A stretch of DNA of 56,237 nucleotides, counting the filler, from Sphacelaria rigidula (lineage: Eukaryota): assembly GCA_964200075.2 (NCBI GenBank). It is 3 parts of 3 records of this genome, joined end to end, with 100 filler letters (N's around TTAATTAATTAA, not from the genome) between each part and the next. Parts side by side here need not be neighbours in the genome. Positions count along the whole stretch, not along the records: positions 1 to 18,688 come from CAXNAA020000814.1; 2 more parts are not named here. One strand, written 5' to 3'. Positions 1-13,388 of this stretch are shown here, piece by piece (positions within the stretch are counted from its first letter, which is position 1; the number at the start of each line of letters is the position of its first letter). Under the pieces are notes generated by a model. That model ran no database searches. It was not told the DNA's origin and saw nothing but the letters and a program-made list of their open reading frames with translations. The position numbers were made by a program, and so were the translations under genes.

Positions 1-129
1 CGATCCGACAAGGTCTAATCAAACGGAATACCAAACTGTAGTCAAGTGCGAAAGTGTAGAAAGTTGAGCGTACTATCTGCAACAAATTGGATTTTCGGTT
101 GCAGTCAGTTTTGTGCCCCGTGGTGCCGC

Positions 130-793
130 AGGAGCTGTAGCACAATTCCCGAGCTCAATACTTGATCGTTTTCGATGAAATTATGATATGATGTACAGGA
201 CGTATGTGTAAACACCCCTTCGTTCCTCCCGTATGTTTTTTCTTTTACGTGAGTTATTGGCTACGGAACATTTCATAACAATTTTTTGGAACAAAATTGC
301 CAATAACTCGCTCAGGAAAACAAAAAAAACATAGGGAAGGTTCGGTATTCCCACAAACGCCGCGTACATCGTTTTAAATTTTCATTGAAAACAGCTTGAA
401 ATTGAACAGCATAAATGCGTTTGAATTATTTGTAACTGGTCTACCTCCATATACTCAAGTCACCGGTTGTCAATGTTGAAACGCATATTCTTCGCTCAAT
501 TTTGGATCGTTTTTGATACGATGTGCAGGACGTATGTGCGAATATCAAACCTTCCATCCCTTGTTTTCATTTTTTTTCCTCCGTGAGTTATTGGCGACGG
601 AACATTTCAGAACATTTTTCGGAACCAAATTGCCAAAAACTCATGAAGAAAAATAAAAAAACAGGGGATGGAAGATTTGGTATTCACACTTACGTCCTGT
701 ACATCGTGTCCAAAATTCATCGAAAACGGTCCGAAATTGAACGAAGAATATGCGTTTCAACATTCCTGGTGGCTTCTTGGGCGGCCCAGCTCG
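130..793. mobile_element. Non-autonomous TIR element (right part) built of two tandem ~300-bp self-complementary units
   Basis: ~472-570 is an inverted repeat of ~655-765 (AATGTTGAAACGCATATTCTTCG / CGAAGAATATGCGTTTCAACATT). ~150-420 is a diverged direct copy of ~490-760. It ends in GGCCCAGCTCG|TA at 783-795, the same terminus as the elements at 34508, 36032 and 50947. Left end not seen. Confidence 0.6.
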
Positions 794-1073
794 TAGCGGA
801 GCTTCCAATTGACAGAGCATATATATTCACACGTGGGCACGCCAGGGGCCGTGGGGAGTGTCATAAGCGGCCACGACATGCGACATACATACTACTTTCT
901 CGTCTCTGGCAACCAACACACGCGGATACATCCTATCGCAAGGGTACGTGGGCTGACTCTCCAGGTAGGACGTACCATAGTGACCTAATACATGTAGCCT
1001 GCCACGCTTTCACCATGCAAATGGATTACAGTGTGCGCAATACACTTGAAACGTATCTGATGCCACGCGCGCG

Positions 1074-1074
<1 letters not shown>

Positions 1075-1114
<40 letters not shown>
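1075..1114. repeat. (CA)n/(GT)n microsatellite at the start of the RRM-gene intron
   Basis: About 20 CA units read directly. On the minus strand the first GT is the splice donor (GAG|GTGTGT). Confidence 0.95.
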
Positions 1115-1116
<2 letters not shown>

Positions 1117-1453
1117 CCCATAGCGGATACTGCAGCCGTGACACGAACACCGGGCGGTTGTCAATCGTATGTCCGTTCAGCTCCATGACTTTTTGCATGT
1201 CCGCTTCGGTGTCGACCTCTACGAACGCACGCCCCTTATTCTGTCCGGCCCTGCTCGAGCTGGCTGGTCGTAGGAGCAAGTTCACCCTCGCATCGGGGGT
1301 AACGCCGGCTTCCTTTAGGCTCGCCTCGAGCGCCTCTAGAGTGAGGTCAAAAGATATCCCGCTTATCTGAGCCTGCAACACCGCGTCATCCCCTTCCTCC
1401 GACGGCGCAGGCGCCGCTTCGGCCTCATCAGCGGTTTTGGTTTCCATAGACAT
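1115..1453 (-). CDS. RRM-domain RNA-binding protein, first coding exon (gene continues beyond window start)
   Basis: MSMETKT...LQAQISGISFDLT (RNP2-like)...NKGRAFVEV (RNP1)...MELNGHTIDNRPVFV, the classic RRM beta-alpha-beta pattern. GC-rich codon usage. Donor after TGG GAG at 1115. Confidence 0.85.
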
Positions 1454-3450
1454 GAACCTGCACTGCTGTTGGAGGCTGTGAGTGGCGCCCGGTGCGGCGG
1501 CTCGCGGGAGCGCGGCGGCGGCCGCAGGGGTGGCTTTTGTGCTGTGGCGAGCAACTGTGGAGAGGGAAAGGGACCGTATGGTGCAGTTTCGTGCTGACCG
1601 GCTGCTGTGGAAGTACAGTGTGTGTTTGGCACGGGGCAGAGAACGGGCAGAGGGGGGGGAGGGGGGCGTTCACACAGGGGTCTGTAGCAATAAATTAGGG
1701 GTGACAGGCCGGAGGTCTTCCAGGTCATAAGGACTGACGATTTGATTACCCTAATGGGATGCAAAGGTTGCCAGCCAAATGTCGAGTTTTTTTTTTTAAT
1801 GACGACAATACACCTTACGGACAATAAGGGGCACAAGGGTCAAGAGCGAGATAAATAAAGGGATGATAAAAATAGCGATAGGGGGGGAGGGAGAGAGGGA
1901 TCTGTGATGATGGCGGGCAGTTCGGTCGTATTCCAATTCGAAAGCTGCAGAAGTTCATGTTTTCACAGTTTTTCTCAAGAACTGAGTTATGAAGAGTCAG
2001 CCGACGAGCAGCAGATCATGATAGATTCGTAATATTTAGTCAGGTGCTCAGGGTGAGATGCAGGAGGCCCAACATTCAGCGACGATGGAAGATGACCATG
2101 ACCTCGGCTATCCGCACACATCCAACTGAAGACTGAACTTGAACGCATTGTTTGGGTCATAGCTGTAAACGATCGAAGGGTCTTTGGGAGTTTTGACTGT
2201 TGATGTTTGTGATTTGGCCTGACCATTTGTGGCAAGTGTACTCCAGTGGTAACAGGCTGCTGGGTTTCCTCGGGTCGGCGAACTATACGAAAGACCGGAG
2301 CCGAGTGCCTGCGCACATAACCCAGTAGGGCAAAATGGGACAAGGGGTACGAGTATTTTACTCTACTGTTGTTGTACTGTCTTCGCAAACATCTGCTCGT
2401 GATGAGTTTGTTTTGCTCCGTCTTCCCTGTTGCATCATCCATGAATCGAGGCCACCAGAGGTAGATTATGTGTGAGGATCAGCTGCGACATGCCCTGCCG
2501 AAATCCGTTCTTCGGGGGCAGTCAAGCTATCCATTGAGTTACAGTTGCGTAATGTCACAGTACTGGTATGTAGAGAACAGTCAGTTCGGTAGATGACCGT
2601 ACGATAACAGTACAACAGTCAATTTCGAGGCAGTTCAGTCCCACCGTTGTAAGTACTGAAGCTATCTTACTTTCGCCAACTGTAGTAAAGAGTTACTGCA
2701 CACGTGTCATAGGATCTCGCTCACCAACGGAGCGAGCGTCACGACAACGTGCATTCTGTTGCACGCGTAGCTATCGAGGCTACCACTGACAGTCGGCACA
2801 CCTCTGGCCAAACGGGGGGCTTTCAACAGTTGGGTCGCATAAGTCGCTTTCGGTGGTCATGCATTGCCAGAGCAACTTGGTATTGAAATCTCACCTGACG
2901 CACACGCCACCACCCACCGCCCTCGGCGCGCATCTTGCGAATTTTACGAGAAACGACGACATGATTCTCGATGCTGTGATGCCGGGAGCTCGGACAAGCC
3001 AGGCAAGGGGCGGATAGGGGGGCAAAGGCAGGTGCGTGGCTGTCGTCTGAAACACTGTAGGGCACTTCTGTAGTAATTAAACTTATGCGTGTCATTTTGA
3101 AGTTCAGTCGCATGGCTCTTGTCATTATCCATGATCTTTGCTTGAGCTAGTGGGGGGACTTGGGGGGGAGGTTGAGCGCTGGATTTCATTCATACCATAC
3201 AACAAACTAGAGGCGCTAGCTACTGTTGCACCTGTCACCTATAGAGGTGCTGATTTTCCACCTGCCTGATACCCAAGCGCATACAGAACGACACACTCCA
3301 TCCGCAATACACTGGTTTTATCGTTTTCGTGGTTCATCATTATCGCTTAGCGATAGAGCAGAGAGTCATCACCGTTGGTTCGCGGAACGCAGAGACGCGG
3401 GCCTGCCGTGTTCGAAGACCGATTTTGCGGCGCTCTACTAGGAAATCATT

Positions 3451-6400
3451 ATGTCTTTCGATGATAAGGGCACGAGGCTCCACGGTCGACTGGAGTTTTT
3501 CGATCGCAACGTTACGCAGCTCACCAAGCATTTGGCGCAGATCGTCGGCCATCATCAAGGCAAGCGGTACTTTGATTTTCACGTTTTTCAGGGAAAGCAG
3601 TGCCCCGTGGACAAGCCCACATACATATGCACATGTAGCATACATATGCACATGTAGCCTGGCAAGCTACAACAATACAATATAGTACAGGCAGTAGGTT
3701 TGCTGTTGTCCTCGTGACGCGAACATCGCACATGCCAACATGTGGTTCGGCTGTAAATAAAGAGCATCGCAACGCTCCCTTTTAATGTACCGGTGCGTCG
3801 GCGTTGCTGCCTTTGTGGTACCGAGACGCCACAAGTACATACCCAGCACGCTGGTGATGAGACTGGATGCAATATGATCAACGGAGCTGAACTGCTGTGT
3901 GAAACACCTACATACTTACTCGGAGAGACCTTACTGATACCGCTGTAGATATCAATAGATGCTATTTAGGCGACACGAACAAGGCTGCACTTAATTGACA
4001 TATCTAGACCATAAACAAGCTCACAAAGCACCAGGGGGTTCAATAGACCGGAAGTTTGGATATCAACCCATCCCCCCCGGGGGGAAAGAAAAACTTCAAT
4101 TTTAGGCTCTCGAAAGTTGAAAAATGAAGAATCACACTATTATACTACTCGCTGCCTCATGATCTCAATTGATGCGTCCCTTACTCGCATGGTAACAGGA
4201 GCCCTTGGCTTCCGTTGTGTGGCAGTACAGTACTGATATCAGGAGTACATATACAAGGGTGTGGCAAAAATTATAAAAACGCCTTTAGAGTACTTTCTAT
4301 CTGGTTGTGGTGCTGCTGCAACAGCAGCATTTATTTTTAGTCGTACCCCCAGGCACCACCAGCAGGGGAGTGCTTCGTTCGCGAACGAGGCCCACGCACA
4401 GTAGCGAATACAGTGCAGGTCTATCTGGCCGATACATCGGTCTGAGGCAAAGCTCATGTCCCTGTTCAGGGTGGGTACAGAGTGGCGGGACGTGTGATAC
4501 ATATCGTTGGTGGAAAGCGGGCGAGTTTTACTGGATTGTAAGACGGGGGGCGAAAGACCCCGTTGGACGAGGAGTACAACGACCACCACCCCGACAGGGG
4601 GGTGGACAATGGCCAGGTTACAGATGGACAGTCTTGGGTTTGTAGGTAAGCGTGTCGGATATAGAGGGGGGTGGATATCATGTCACCCCCTATCTACGGC
4701 GGTATTAGCTCTACCTGGTTGTTTGCCGAAGAAAAAAAATCTTGATTCTACATGTCATGTAAATCCAACCTTTTCACCCACAAATCATCATCTATTTTCA
4801 ATTTACACTACAGTACAATACAAGTGGTTCACATGTTGACAACATTATGTGCAAATGACAAGATCTTAACTATTAAACGTCTCGGATATCGAGAGATGGT
4901 AATCACACTTGGAGTATACACCGATTTGTGGATCACTGAAGCGGACAACGGTATAATACGGCGCCTGTAAAACTTGATCGGAGGAGTCATACTTTAGTTG
5001 TAGGATAAAGACCAATTCTCTTTTGTCTCCTTTTGTACAGAGGGCGTGTCGCACGGTGTCAAGTTCAGCGCGCAGGTCAAGACGATAGCGGCACAAGAGC
5101 CATTTCCAGAACTTCAAGACAGACTCGTTGGCTTGTCAGAAATCACCGAAAGGATTGCTCTTGAGAGGAAAAACATCATGGTGAGACCTCCTAGTGAAGA
5201 GTCGTTCCTTAAGTCGTTTTCCTCCAATCTGCTGTCTAGTGCTAGATGGCCTGGCGACGAGTGCAACTCGACAAAATGGTCAAAAGGGAGTATTTTGTTG
5301 TGGCGAACCAGCGCGCACATTGCTTAGTGGAGATCGGTTGGAAAACGCAGCGCTGTTTTTGCTCTTTTGTGGCGTTGCTGAAGATACCCAACCCCAGGAT
5401 TTCCGTTAAACAAATTGATCTGACTGTCACACAAGGTCGCAGAATTGCTCAGAGCAATACCCGCGCGAGCTATGGAAGTTTCTGTATGGTCAGCAAGGCG
5501 ATCGTATGTCCAACGCTTCTCAAGTACCCTGTTGCGTGGGGACGTACATAACGTGCCCAGACAAATATCATTGCCCTTTCGCTGTGAGTACGCTCGTGCA
5601 CGAGTGGCGGTTTTTGGCGATTTTCCGGCTGTTACAGTTGATTGACAAAATCTTCGATCTCATACAATGGGAGCGACCATCTAGTACCACCGGTATCCGG
5701 AGGTCGCCAGAGAATTGAGTGGGGGAACCCAGAAATGATGCATTCATGGCAACCTTATTATCGAATGGCTCAGGGATACGACACGATGCGTGCGGAACGA
5801 TACAAAACAATCGGGTACGGTGGATACAGTATGAAGGGCTCTACTTACACCCAGCACGGGACAATTGACCGACTTCTTCATGTTATATTGCATTCGTCAT
5901 TCAATCTATGTCGTGCCGTCGATCTGCAGCACCATCGGGCAAATAGAGAAGTACTGGCAAAACTGGCCGACATAAGGAAACGCGTCATCACTCCGACTCA
6001 GGTGCGGCTATTCAGATGTGATAAGGGTATTCTCATCGAATGCACTACAGCACCCACTGCCACTTCAATAACGGCACTACCCCAGATACTCGCGTTCTGG
6101 TAAACGACGATATTTTTTAATATTATTACTCCTGGCCAGCGCACAGGTGTTCGAGCTCTAAAACTCGGTAGACCAGAGCGGTTCTACCAACGGCGTCTCA
6201 GCGATGCTACCTCAAGCACGCCAGTCGCACTCCCCCACGCTGATCACCCAATGCATAGGTATTTACACCAATATTCACCTTCGCCGATGGTGATCAACAA
6301 CACACGAATTGTGGTCTCGCTCACGCAGGCCTTGCTGCAGGACAGGGATAGCTGTGTCAAAACTTTACTGAAGGCCGAAGATAAAGCGGCAGGTGAGCAC

Positions 6401-8115
6401 ACCGTCGTCTCCGCGCCTCGGAAGGGAAACCGACAAATACGAGCACCGCGCACTCGCACCATGCGGTGCGGTAGTGACGGCGCGAAAGTTTGATTCATGT
6501 ATGTACTCTCATCGTCCACCCATCTTTTCCTTCGTACACGCTAGCCTGTCATGACCTCGTTGCAGGTTCGACAAATCCGACTTGTCGCGTGTCGCTGCCC
6601 GCAGCGATCACTTGTAATCGCTTATTTTCACCGCTGACCTAAATCTTATGGCAGCGGTTCTCAATTCGTTCATGTGTATCACGAGCTTACAGTTCGCAGC
6701 CGACCAATCTACAAGAGGTGGTATGGCGCCGCCTGTTCGTTTGACGACGGCATAGTTTTGGGCTCATCCTGGTTGATGGACAACGGACCGTTTGTGACAA
6801 CAGTGTCCCTCTTTGTTTGTTTCACCAATTGCCTTCGTGTCGTGGGCTCTGTGTAGATGATCGGGCGAACGGACTAAACGACGAGGCCGGCGTAGCGACC
6901 CTAGAACACCGCCACCGGCTGATGAACGTAGAGACCACGGTGGACAATAACTTCGAGCTCTTCGAGGCGCAGAGGGTAGAAGAAATTAAGGTGGCAGCAA
7001 TTCCAGCAAGAGATAATAAAGAGCCAACAACAAGTCAGGATACTCAGATCGCTTCCCCAACCGTTGATCAAGAAGCGGACATTTTGACGTTCAAATCATT
7101 GACCGTTCACTACAGGGCCAAACATTCCGCTTCTTGAACAAAAGATATGGTATGCGGTTCATCCCGGAATGGCAAATCAGAGATCTCCGGAGCTCTCCCT
7201 TCGCAGTCTCCCTGTTCACCATTCGAATTTTACGTCCAATCAATCAATCAAGAAGCGGGCATTTTGTCCTTTGAACCAGTGATTTTACTGGTTCAACCGT
7301 GAGCTGATATGCGTGATTTCTCGAGTTCTAACGAAGAGTATGCGACCGGTACAAAAGTGTTGTCCGACCGATTTTCCGCGTGCCCCCAGCCTACACCAAC
7401 ACTTGATCGGATGTTTCACAGGACAGCTACCCGTGAACGCTCCGACCATTAGGGTGGTGCAAACACTGCAAACATATGCACCTGCGCGGGTACTTATTTC
7501 GCGTCTTCACGACCTGTCCCCCTCCCACGTGTACGATCGGCCATAACCATCGCTGCAGGGTATATTGGAAGAGTTCCTTCGTTGCGAAATGTACTACCAC
7601 TGTCGAGCGCTGGAGATGCTAGCGCCGGCGCTGATGCACATCGGGGGAGTGGAAGCAGAATCAGCACGAGAGGTACGCTTGTTCTTCTACTTCCCTGACC
7701 CCCCAAATACTTTGAGAGTGGTTTATAAGATGGCCTCTGATACGTATCATGTGTTGAGTATATTGACTGGGGGAGCGTCTTTCAAGAAAGCGTGCCCGTG
7801 TGCGCATTCGTCACCGACAAGAATTCTGCCTCCATGGCATGTAGGTTGCGACCCCCACAGTGAGGGAGGGACCTGTGTAAGCACTACGTGTAGACATATA
7901 CCGCACATGCGACACGAGTATCCCCGGCTCAGGAAATCGTAACGTCATCATTGTCATGGCCCATCTTAAGGACGGGAACGAATCTATACGGTACAAGGCA
8001 GCTCTTTGCCTAAACGTCCCTGCCTCTGTCTCTTGCCTTCTTGCCTGCCCTTCGTACCTGGCAGCACGTACGGAAGGACATTGAGGGCATGAACAAGCAC
8101 CTGCGCTACACATGA
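3451..8115 (+). CDS. FAM92: FAM92/CIBAR-like (CBY1-interacting) BAR-domain protein, 7 exons, 227 aa
   Basis: Phase-consistent exons 3451-3559, 5041-5180, 5930-6001, 6329-6392, 6857-6990, 7559-7672, 8065-8115 (684 nt incl. TGA). The segment FEAQRVEEIKGILEEFLRCEMYYHCRALE resembles the FAM92 C-terminal BAR signature as I recall it (FE.Q....IK.I..EF...EM..H..ALE). Helical/coiled-coil composition throughout. Intron 1 is GC-AG, the others GT-AG. Confidence 0.8.
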
Positions 8116-9933
8116 CCGGACGATCGCGATTTCAACAGCTTTACGATGGAGGGAGCATTCGCCTGAATAAGCGCATCGGTGCATCAGGCGTGGAGCCTCA
8201 ATTAGAGTTGTGAATCGATCGCTTGCTTCACTCCATCAGAATCAGTTTTGCTGACCACACTGCTGCTCGACATGCCCATGGTACCGACAAGTAGAAAGCT
8301 TGTCGTTGAGCCAATTCGTGGTCAGGAAAATCGACACATCTCACTTTCCTGGTAGGCCTATGGAACAACACGATGGTACGTATGTTGGGTGTGAGCCAGG
8401 GTGACGAAAGGCGGCAATGCGCACATGAAGCCATTGGAGCTACAGTGGTCCCATGGCAGCCGTGGCAATCCTGGGTCTGCCTAGCGACCTTGGGGTGAAC
8501 ACTGGAAAACTCCTCGAAGGGCTATTTTGGGAGATACATTTCATGCTTAGATCCATGCAGTAGTCTAGTAGTTTTTTATGCTTACTGCAAATAGATTGCT
8601 CCCGCCCCTCATCACATGGCAGGATCGAGCGGGGTAGGATTCCCAGGGGTTACTGAAATGACCGGAAGAGACAGGATGCTCCAAACACGTGGTCAATGTG
8701 GTATCTTGCTGGACTTTCGAAGCGCATGTTTTTTGCCTGTATCCTGTGCGAAGATGTTCAGTTCATAGTTGCAGCGCGCACAATCGCGTGGGATTGATGC
8801 ATTTAGCTGTCGCCCATCACATAGGTGGACATGTTTTGCCGTGAGGACCTTGCGGACGACTATGTGAAAATTACTTGGACAAATATTTGATCGGTTGACA
8901 TTTGAGTGCTTTGAGATTCAGACTATTCGGGACGGATGCTAGTCCGGAATAGCTTGTGTGTTTCTACCACGCATCTATCCTTCCCCCCTCCTTCGGACGA
9001 GTCCGCCGTCTCAAGGAAACTCATCTCTACCCTGGCGTTGCCTGGTAATTTGTTTCCTAACATTGGGTCAGCACTGCCGTAGCCCATTTCTCTTTTTCGA
9101 TTTGTATGCTACTCACTTCCTCACGGCTCCCGCGCCGGAGATCAACAAAAAATAACATCAGTGCTGTCGGCATTTGAGCCCGCGCATCCATCCATACTGA
9201 CCGATGATGCACCAATTGGAGTACCAGGGCTCGGCGAGCTGTTGTGCAGCAGAACGATTGTGAACGAAGATGAAGTTATGCGTTCGGTAGTCATAGCGTA
9301 CTGTCATATCGACACGACTGTCAGTTCAATCGCGTTCCCTGTCTTGCATTGGAGGGGCACTTTCTTCGCGTCTCTTTGATATTATCAACATTCTGTCGTG
9401 TTTGTACGTTTCCTTTTCGGAGATTTCCCCTTTGGTGGTAGCTGTTCCGTTCCGTGTCCTGTATAGTTGCTCTCCGATTGTTCGTGGCAGGTATTTATCG
9501 ACAATGCAGTGTCCAGTGAGAAAGGAAAACGGATGCTTTGCCACGGCGTGCTATTTTTTTTCCGACACAGAGCTTGTGACTTCATGCTGAACCTACACGT
9601 TGCCATGTCCCTTCATAATATTTTCACCTATGTTGGTGCCAGAGAAACGAGTGTCCCAGCGAAGACAGTATGTATACTACTACGATCGAAGGGGTTTCAA
9701 TTTCTGCATATCACACGCGCCAGTGTACTTGAAGAAAGGACATCGTTACACAGAGATGAAGCAATGCCTGGGGAACACTAGCGACCAGGGCGTGTGAGAG
9801 TCCCTTACATACACACATTTGCCCGGATGTGAGCGGTTGGAGTCGGCGCCCTCCTCCTCGACACATTTACTCCCTGCAAAGACGTCACGATCCGCAATGA
9901 GTTACCCAGACACTCAGTCAATGCTGACCGAGA

Positions 9934-10091
9934 GTCCGAGTGGCTCAGTGGTTATTGCAGCGTCTTGATATCAACTACTCCGGATTCCCCCTAACTATTA
10001 CCACCGCGTCCTGGTGCTCTGAATTAAAAATATACTGGTGTACCAACAGCCCGTTGGCGCGAAAGGTTGCGGGTTCAAATCCCGATAGACA
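9934..10091 (+). pseudogene. Degenerate intron-containing tRNA-like sequence (apparent anticodon GAT)
   Basis: A box TGGCTCAGTGG (9941) and B box GGTTCAAATCC (10072). Anticodon stem GCGTC (9960-64) pairs with GGCGC (10056-60). Loop TT-GAT-A is followed by an ~84-nt insert at the canonical 37/38 position. The D stem and acceptor stem are mismatched, so it is called a pseudogene. Confidence 0.55.
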
Positions 10092-13000
10092 AGGTATCCT
10101 TGAGCAGAATACGGATTCCGTCGTTTAAAGCGCGCGGGTGTGATCAGCCAAGAAAATTCGACGGGAAGTAAACGCGGTGCACGAGTGCTGATGTGATCCA
10201 GGATACCAAAATATCAGGTAGGTGCCGCGGACAAGGATGACTAAATATCTCGGGACTACGGACTCCCCCCCGAAAAAGACGAGGTGTATAAAGCACGATG
10301 AAAAAGGTAAATATTATTTTCCTCAAATTATCTAAGGTATCGCGAAAAAAATTGGGGAGTTCAAGGTTGCCGTACCTCCATTAAATTCCGTTTCGGTGGG
10401 ACCCATGGCGCGTACAACGATGCCGACGGTATCGAAATAGAGATCGTTCAGAAACCCATAGCTCAAGCTTTCGAGAACAGAAAAACCAACATCCAACTAA
10501 AGTCCATAGGCGCTAGTGAGGCATAGTCTGGTTGGCATTGGAAAAACAGCCAAAACAACCAAATGTTCCAATTAAAAATACTTTACACAACGGTCGATTT
10601 CACGCAACCTGAAAAAATAATGGCACGTTCTCCTTGGTAGATTTCTCCTGGTCACCCCGGGGGACACCTTCTTGCATCTCCACTCTTCTAACCACAAGTG
10701 CATCCAATTTCATGCTCCTGGAAAAGGTAAAACGTCATCTTCAAGGTGCGATAGAACGTACCACATCAGACATTTCAACCCTACATGCAGTAGAAACCAG
10801 GGGATGGTTTCCTGCTGGTCACCTCGCCCCCCGCCGTGACACTACTGGGACATATTTCCACGCGTCTAGAAGAGCTGGGCGTCACTGACACGTACATGTC
10901 CAAACAGTACCTATATTCCGGCTTTCAAAACTGTACTTATATTTCCGGCAAGACTGGTAAAAAACAGGCGCAACCAGACGTGAAATGCCCAACTCTTCGG
11001 GGATTTATAATCGAATGTATGCATGAGTATGTTGATTGACAGTGTATCTCGAAGAGGATACTTAGCCTGAATGATAAGGCACTTATCGCAGAGCAAGGGC
11101 TTTTCCCCCGTGGTGTTCGACTGTAGCTGACATGAGTTGCGTGCTCTCCGAAATGCGCCTCGACGTTGTTCAGCGGTTCACCTTGTCGAACCTGATTGAG
11201 CGCATTTCACAACCCGCCATGAATGGTGTGTACCATAGCCAGATGTCCATAGGTACTGCGATAGGGTGCCTTGAGTTTCACGGCGCCTACGTTGCAGTGA
11301 GGTCGGTAACTGGCAATACCCTTACAACGTTCGGTCTACACTGATCAAACTCATCGTGACGGCTTTATTACGGTTTGGGACTACATAATAAGAAACAGAG
11401 TTGCCAGTTAACCTCCATCCAACAAAAATGTAGATGGTTGGGGAATTAGGGAGCTATGGCACTGCCATCAGCCCTTGTGCTGTTTTCTGCGGAGAATCCA
11501 CAGGGACAGCGGCTGCCAGATGCGTCTATATCCATTTTTGTCGACACCATTGACAACTTTACAATTATTACGCTCGACAATCCCGCCCGCATCGGGCCAC
11601 CTTTTCCCACCCAGGTCTAAAACTGGAGTGCAGTGCCAACAAGGTTTCTCCGCTAGTCTCCCCACTGCGTCGGTGGATACCCGAAGCATCAGTTTCTACC
11701 CAAGATACGCTTCCAACGGCAGACGGATGATGTTTGTAGCAGTGCGCCCCATCCGGTATCGCAGCTTTGCTACTAAACGATTCGTCTGGTTTCCAACTGC
11801 CCCCGGAGAAAGTGGGAGCGATACTCCAGGCTGTCCTGTGGGATTCAGTCAATCTATTCTAGTGCCTTGGCTGGTTAAATAGGAAAAGGGGTAGGGAGGG
11901 TTGACGGGAAAGGAGCAGGGTCGGCGGGAAGCGGAGCGAGGAACATGTTCAGTGTGGGGCACAACATGTTCACGGAATCTATGTAGTTTGTGACAGGGGC
12001 GTATGTTCGTAGTTTGTAACGGAAGATCATGAAATGACCTACGGAATCACCCCTCTGCGTGTACCGTCGCGCGCACAAGGCTCCGAATTCTCGAGGAAAG
12101 CAAGGAACACACGCTGGCTATGCAGCCTGGACGAATCAACAGTGAAGAAAATGCTTGAGGACCGCCGTCTACCGATCATCATTTTGTACCACAGTGAACA
12201 CGCGTGGGGTTCCCCAATAGGAGAGGTGCACCAGCTACATACGCACACCAACATACCCTGTCTCGTAACTGCATACGGCAGGTCCCGCCATTGAGTTGAT
12301 TTTCGTTAATGTGAACAGGACATAGTGCTGTTGCTAATCGCAGCCTGTGCGATGCCTATAGGTTTTCGGGAGGCGCGTGCACTGAAACTTGCTACATCGG
12401 CATACTACGGCGGGACACGCACCTCTTCAATTTGCATGGTCTAGACTAACTTAGTACAAACCTTGCGTCATCCCCGTTGAGCCACCAGCTGTCACGCCGG
12501 ACTTTTTTTTCCAACGAGCTAACGGATGTGTCCCTCGACCTGCAGCCCCGAAACTTGGCTTCGATGTTGCTCGTCCTCCTCCTTTTTATGTTTGCGGGTG
12601 TACTTGAATGAAGCTATAGCCGAGGCTGTGATGCTGCTTTATGTATACCCATGAACGGCATGCCGATACACGGGCAAAGCGGAGTTTTCCGACGTGTATC
12701 CTACATGGCACAACTTTTGACCTGTGGATAAGATTGTCGGCGGTCAGCAAGCGCAGCGTTGGGACATTTCTGGCACCTACTCTGTGATGATGTAGGGGAG
12801 CAGATTGTGGATGCGGCTTCCGGAGGGAAAGGCGTGGTTGATAGGTCGCCATTGGCGCGGAAAATCATCATACCCTTGTACTTCGTATTGACTCAACTGT
12901 CTGCAATTGAACCAGCTTTGGTAAGTGTGAACAGAGCCCCAACACAACAGCTGCAGGACGCACACCGCACCACTCCACTGCTAAGCTTTTCTGTTGTATT

Positions 13001-13388
13001 AGCCGTAGTTGGCACCCACCCACTTGAGGGGAAAATCGGCGCCGACAACTCGCCGCGCCAGCTGTTAATCCACCCGTCATATCTACACACGCATTTACAG
13101 CACTCCTCTCCACAACCGTACAGAATTCCTATAGGATAAGTAAAAGGGTCGCGACAAATGCTCACAGCATTCTGTACTGTCGTTGTGCTGTCGGTGTATG
13201 CACCGAAACATCATGTGTTTTTAGAGAGCAACATAACCATTCCGTGGCCGACCAAAACAACCTCGACAGTTCTCAACGGAGACAGCCCACGTCTCGTTTA
13301 GCCGCTGAAGACTATCAGTCCAAAATTTTCATGTGTACTCTCATGAGATATGTTTAGCTACTGTGCTCGGTATGCCGGCTATCTCAGC

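Noticed and set aside
523-1188. 221-aa plus-strand ORF
   Set aside because: It runs through a repeat element, a microsatellite and the antisense of the RRM exon, with no protein-like features.
8139-8213. Alternative last exon for the FAM92-like gene
   Set aside because: The 8065 acceptor has a much stronger pyrimidine tract and continues the amphipathic helix.
10600-13200. Possible decayed transposase or gene (e.g. NTRWL resembling hAT TRW; Cys-rich minus frames)
   Set aside because: No consistent frame, splice pattern or termini found. It needs a translated homology search.
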